Shown one piece after another: positions 32,219-34,478 of a DNA stretch of 34,478 bases. The notes below the pieces were generated by a model. The model searched no databases and was not told the DNA's origin. It saw only the letters and a list, made by a program, of their open reading frames with translations. A program made the position numbers and the translations under genes. Source of the stretch: a virus (Duplodnaviria; Caudoviricetes); IMG/VR virus record IMGVR_UViG_3300011433_000007, positions 1 through 34,478 of that record; one strand, 5' to 3'. Position 1 is the stretch's first letter. The number at the start of each line of letters is the position of its first letter.

Positions 32219-33970
32219 TCAGATCACCAACGCGCCACGGGACTCATAGACCGATGGGCCCACCGTGTCGGCCATTGCGCGAGACAGAGCCGTCAACAGT
32301 GCAACCGGACCATCGATCTTGTTATGCGAATCTTTCCCGCCGGCTTTCCGCGGGTAGATTTCGTCTTTGTGATTCCGCTCCACCACGACGTTCCCCATCA
32401 TCCACGTCATGGCAGGGTTCGCATCATGCTGGAGCCCCTTCGCTAATGCGAGGCGCTCCAGCATCTGCATCGATGGATTCATGGTTTCCACCGTCTGGGG
32501 CACCGTGACCACGAAACGGTCAACAGCGTCCCGACCCATGCGCGGCTCAAGACGTCGCTTGAGTCCCTGCTGCATCTGCGCCGCGAGGGCGCGATCGAAG
32601 TCGATCTCTTGCACGGTCAACGTCTCGGTCAACGCGATGATGTCGTCCTCGATGCGCTGGTAATCCGCCTGGTCCCCCGAGGTCTCTGTGACATGCGCGT
32701 CACGCACCCAACCTGACAGTTCAGCGACGGGCGACTTGTCGATCGTGTCAGCCGGTAAGTAGTACTTCCCGAACAACGCGAACTGATCCGGTCCCAACTT
32801 GAACAACACCACCACGGCACAGAAGTCACGCACCTCAGCGAGGTCTACGCCGATCCAACACGGATACTGGCGGAAGTCTTCCATCCGTAGCGATGCATTC
32901 CCGCACGCGCGCCACGCATCCATTGGGAACCACGTGGACTCCGCTCGCACCCAGACGTTAAAGTGCTTCGTCAGGACGTTGTTCATCGAGGCCGGCGAGA
33001 CTTGCGCCTCTTTCACCTTGCGCTCGAGATCGTCCGCCATGACGCTGATGCCGTAGTTCGGGTTCGCCTTCTTCTGGATCTCCGGAAGTCGAATGTCGTC
33101 AGATTTGTCTATCGTGAAATTAATACCAAAATAGGTATCGTCCTCCGCGATCTGCTCCAGCACCTTCTCCAGATAGCCAAGCTTCTGATGGCAGATGCCC
33201 CCAAGGTCTACGCCGGCCGTCGTGATGCCGATCAGCCACGGCTGCAGCCGCGCGCCCGTGCCCGTGTCCAGCACGTTCCAGACCGCCGCCCGCGGATGCG
33301 CGTGGAGCTCATCGACCACCGCACACGAGATGTTTAACCCGTCCAACGTGTTAGCATCCGCCGATAGCGCCATAAACTTTCCCGCCATCGCCGGGACTGC
33401 CAGACTGCGCGACGTCTCCGATCCCAACCTCACCCCGTAGAACTCGCACATCTGCGGCGATCGCTTCGCCATCTCCCACACGATTTCCGCCACGGCTTTG
33501 GCCTGGTCACGCGTGGTTGCAGCCGAATAACACTCAGGCCCGCCTTCGCCGTCTGCCACGAGCATGTACAAGGCGATGATCGCGCCGAGCGTGGACTTCG
33601 CGTTCTTCCTCGGGATCAACACCAACGCGACACGGAACCGGCGCAAGCCATCCGGACGCACCCACCCGAACATCGTCGTCAAGATCCAGCACTGCCACGG
33701 CTCGAGCTGGATCTTCGCCCAGATGTTCCGGCCTTCCTCGTCCTTCCCCATGACGACGGCCTTCGGCCCCTTGATATGCGGCAACAACTCCGCGAACGCG
33801 CAGATGCGCTCGGCCTTCTTCGCGTCCATCGTGAACGGGAAGCCCTCGGTTCCAATCCGTTCCCGATCGCGCCGGTTCCGCTCGCACGCCAGACGCACCC
33901 AGACACACGCCGGGATCTCCCCCGCGATCACGCCGTCCTCGTACGATCGAGCCTTCTCGAGATACGTCAT
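32219..33970 (-). CDS. terL: Terminase large subunit
   Basis: LEPWQ, Walker A PRKNAKST, Walker B VVDELH, ITTAG, GVDLA, KIDG nuclease motif. Confidence 0.98.
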   Translation of the reverse strand: MTYLEKARSYEDGVIAGEIPACVWVRLACERNRRDRERIGTEGFPFTMDAKKAERICAFAELLPHIKGPKAVVMGKDEEGRNIWAKIQLEPWQCWILTTMFGWVRPDGLRRFRVALVLIPRKNAKSTLGAIIALYMLVADGEGGPECYSAATTRDQAKAVAEIVWEMAKRSPQMCEFYGVRLGSETSRSLAVPAMAGKFMALSADANTLDGLNISCAVVDELHAHPRAAVWNVLDTGTGARLQPWLIGITTAGVDLGGICHQKLGYLEKVLEQIAEDDTYFGINFTIDKSDDIRLPEIQKKANPNYGISVMADDLERKVKEAQVSPASMNNVLTKHFNVWVRAESTWFPMDAWRACGNASLRMEDFRQYPCWIGVDLAEVRDFCAVVVLFKLGPDQFALFGKYYLPADTIDKSPVAELSGWVRDAHVTETSGDQADYQRIEDDIIALTETLTVQEIDFDRALAAQMQQGLKRRLEPRMGRDAVDRFVVTVPQTVETMNPSMQMLERLALAKGLQHDANPAMTWMMGNVVVERNHKDEIYPRKAGGKDSHNKIDGPVALLTALSRAMADTVGPSVYESRGALVI

Positions 33971-34431
33971 CCCACCTGGCTCTGGAACGGGTTGACCGCT
34001 TTCGCCTTCGCGCGGCCAGGTTCAGCCTTCCCAAACGGCGCCAAGGCGAATGCCTTCATCGACGCCTCCTCGGTCTTGGCCAGCCGACCATACGCCCCGG
34101 TCAAGGGATGGGCCTTTAGTTCCTGGTGCTCAACTCCAGCCCCGTCCACCGTCACCTTGATAAAGGTTCGGCCCTGCGCCCGAATGGTGTCCCTGGTCTG
34201 CCGGCGCTCCTCGTTCACCTCACACAGCAACCGGAACGCGGTCACGGTGTGCTGGGTCAACGTCCCCTTTTCGATGGCTTTCGGGGCGTTTTCCTGCCAG
34301 AACGCCCGCTGATCCTCGGGCAAATCCTCTGGTGGCTGGGCTAGTTCATGCCCGCGCCCGTCGATCGCCGCCAGCGGCCCTTGCGGCTTCTGGCCCGCGC
34401 CAACCCGATTCCCGCCCCAGTTGCTGCTCAT
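33967..34431 (-). CDS. terS: Terminase small subunit (P27-like)
   Basis: WGGNRVGAGQKP, PPEDL....R.FW, K.HP; GGGGAG RBS; ATGA overlap with terL. Confidence 0.88.
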   Translation of the reverse strand: MSSNWGGNRVGAGQKPQGPLAAIDGRGHELAQPPEDLPEDQRAFWQENAPKAIEKGTLTQHTVTAFRLLCEVNEERRQTRDTIRAQGRTFIKVTVDGAGVEHQELKAHPLTGAYGRLAKTEEASMKAFALAPFGKAEPGRAKAKAVNPFQSQVG

Positions 34432-34478
34432 GCTTTGCTCCCTATGGATACTTGATACACAGTTTGTGTGTCTCCGAG

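Noticed and set aside
1-34478. CRISPR array, diversity-generating retroelement, integrase/att site, IS element
   Set aside because: No spaced repeats, reverse transcriptase, recombinase or transposase motifs seen by eye; short or diverged repeats could have been missed.
34432-34478. cos or packaging site upstream of terS (small ACACA/TGTGT inverted repeat)
   Set aside because: Only 47 nt are visible and a 5-bp stem is not significant.

Overview
The window is most of a tailed dsDNA phage or prophage genome with an HK97-type head and a long non-contractile tail, almost entirely on the - strand. Reading right to left: small and large terminase; a portal with a ~500-aa C-terminal extension; prohead protease; a TPR-containing OGT/SPINDLY-like (GT41) glycosyltransferase; a small ribbon-helix-helix protein; a highly structured 185-nt leader; the major capsid; head-tail joining genes; two more glycosyltransferases (GT2 and CgeB-like GT-B); the tail tube; an antisense HNH gene; tail chaperones with a -1 frameshift; tape measure; tail hub and fibre. 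Next comes a lysis/accessory region (SleB-type endolysin, several small membrane or secreted proteins, two clan GH-A-like hydrolases, a DnaQ-like exonuclease), then a divergent promoter region and an early operon (Cro-like HTH, HNHs, three ParB-like proteins including a ParB/MT-A70 fusion, an SSB-like protein, a PD-(D/E)XK-like protein, and a truncated DUF1376-like replication gene). No integrase, CI-type repressor, tRNA or CRISPR array was recognised. The two strongest leads are (1) three glycosyltransferases translationally coupled into the virion-morphogenesis operon, a candidate virion-glycosylation system built on a GT41 enzyme, and (2) a candidate two-state RNA switch upstream of the major capsid gene. 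All family calls come from motif recognition by eye and all RNA folding is manual; no searches were run.
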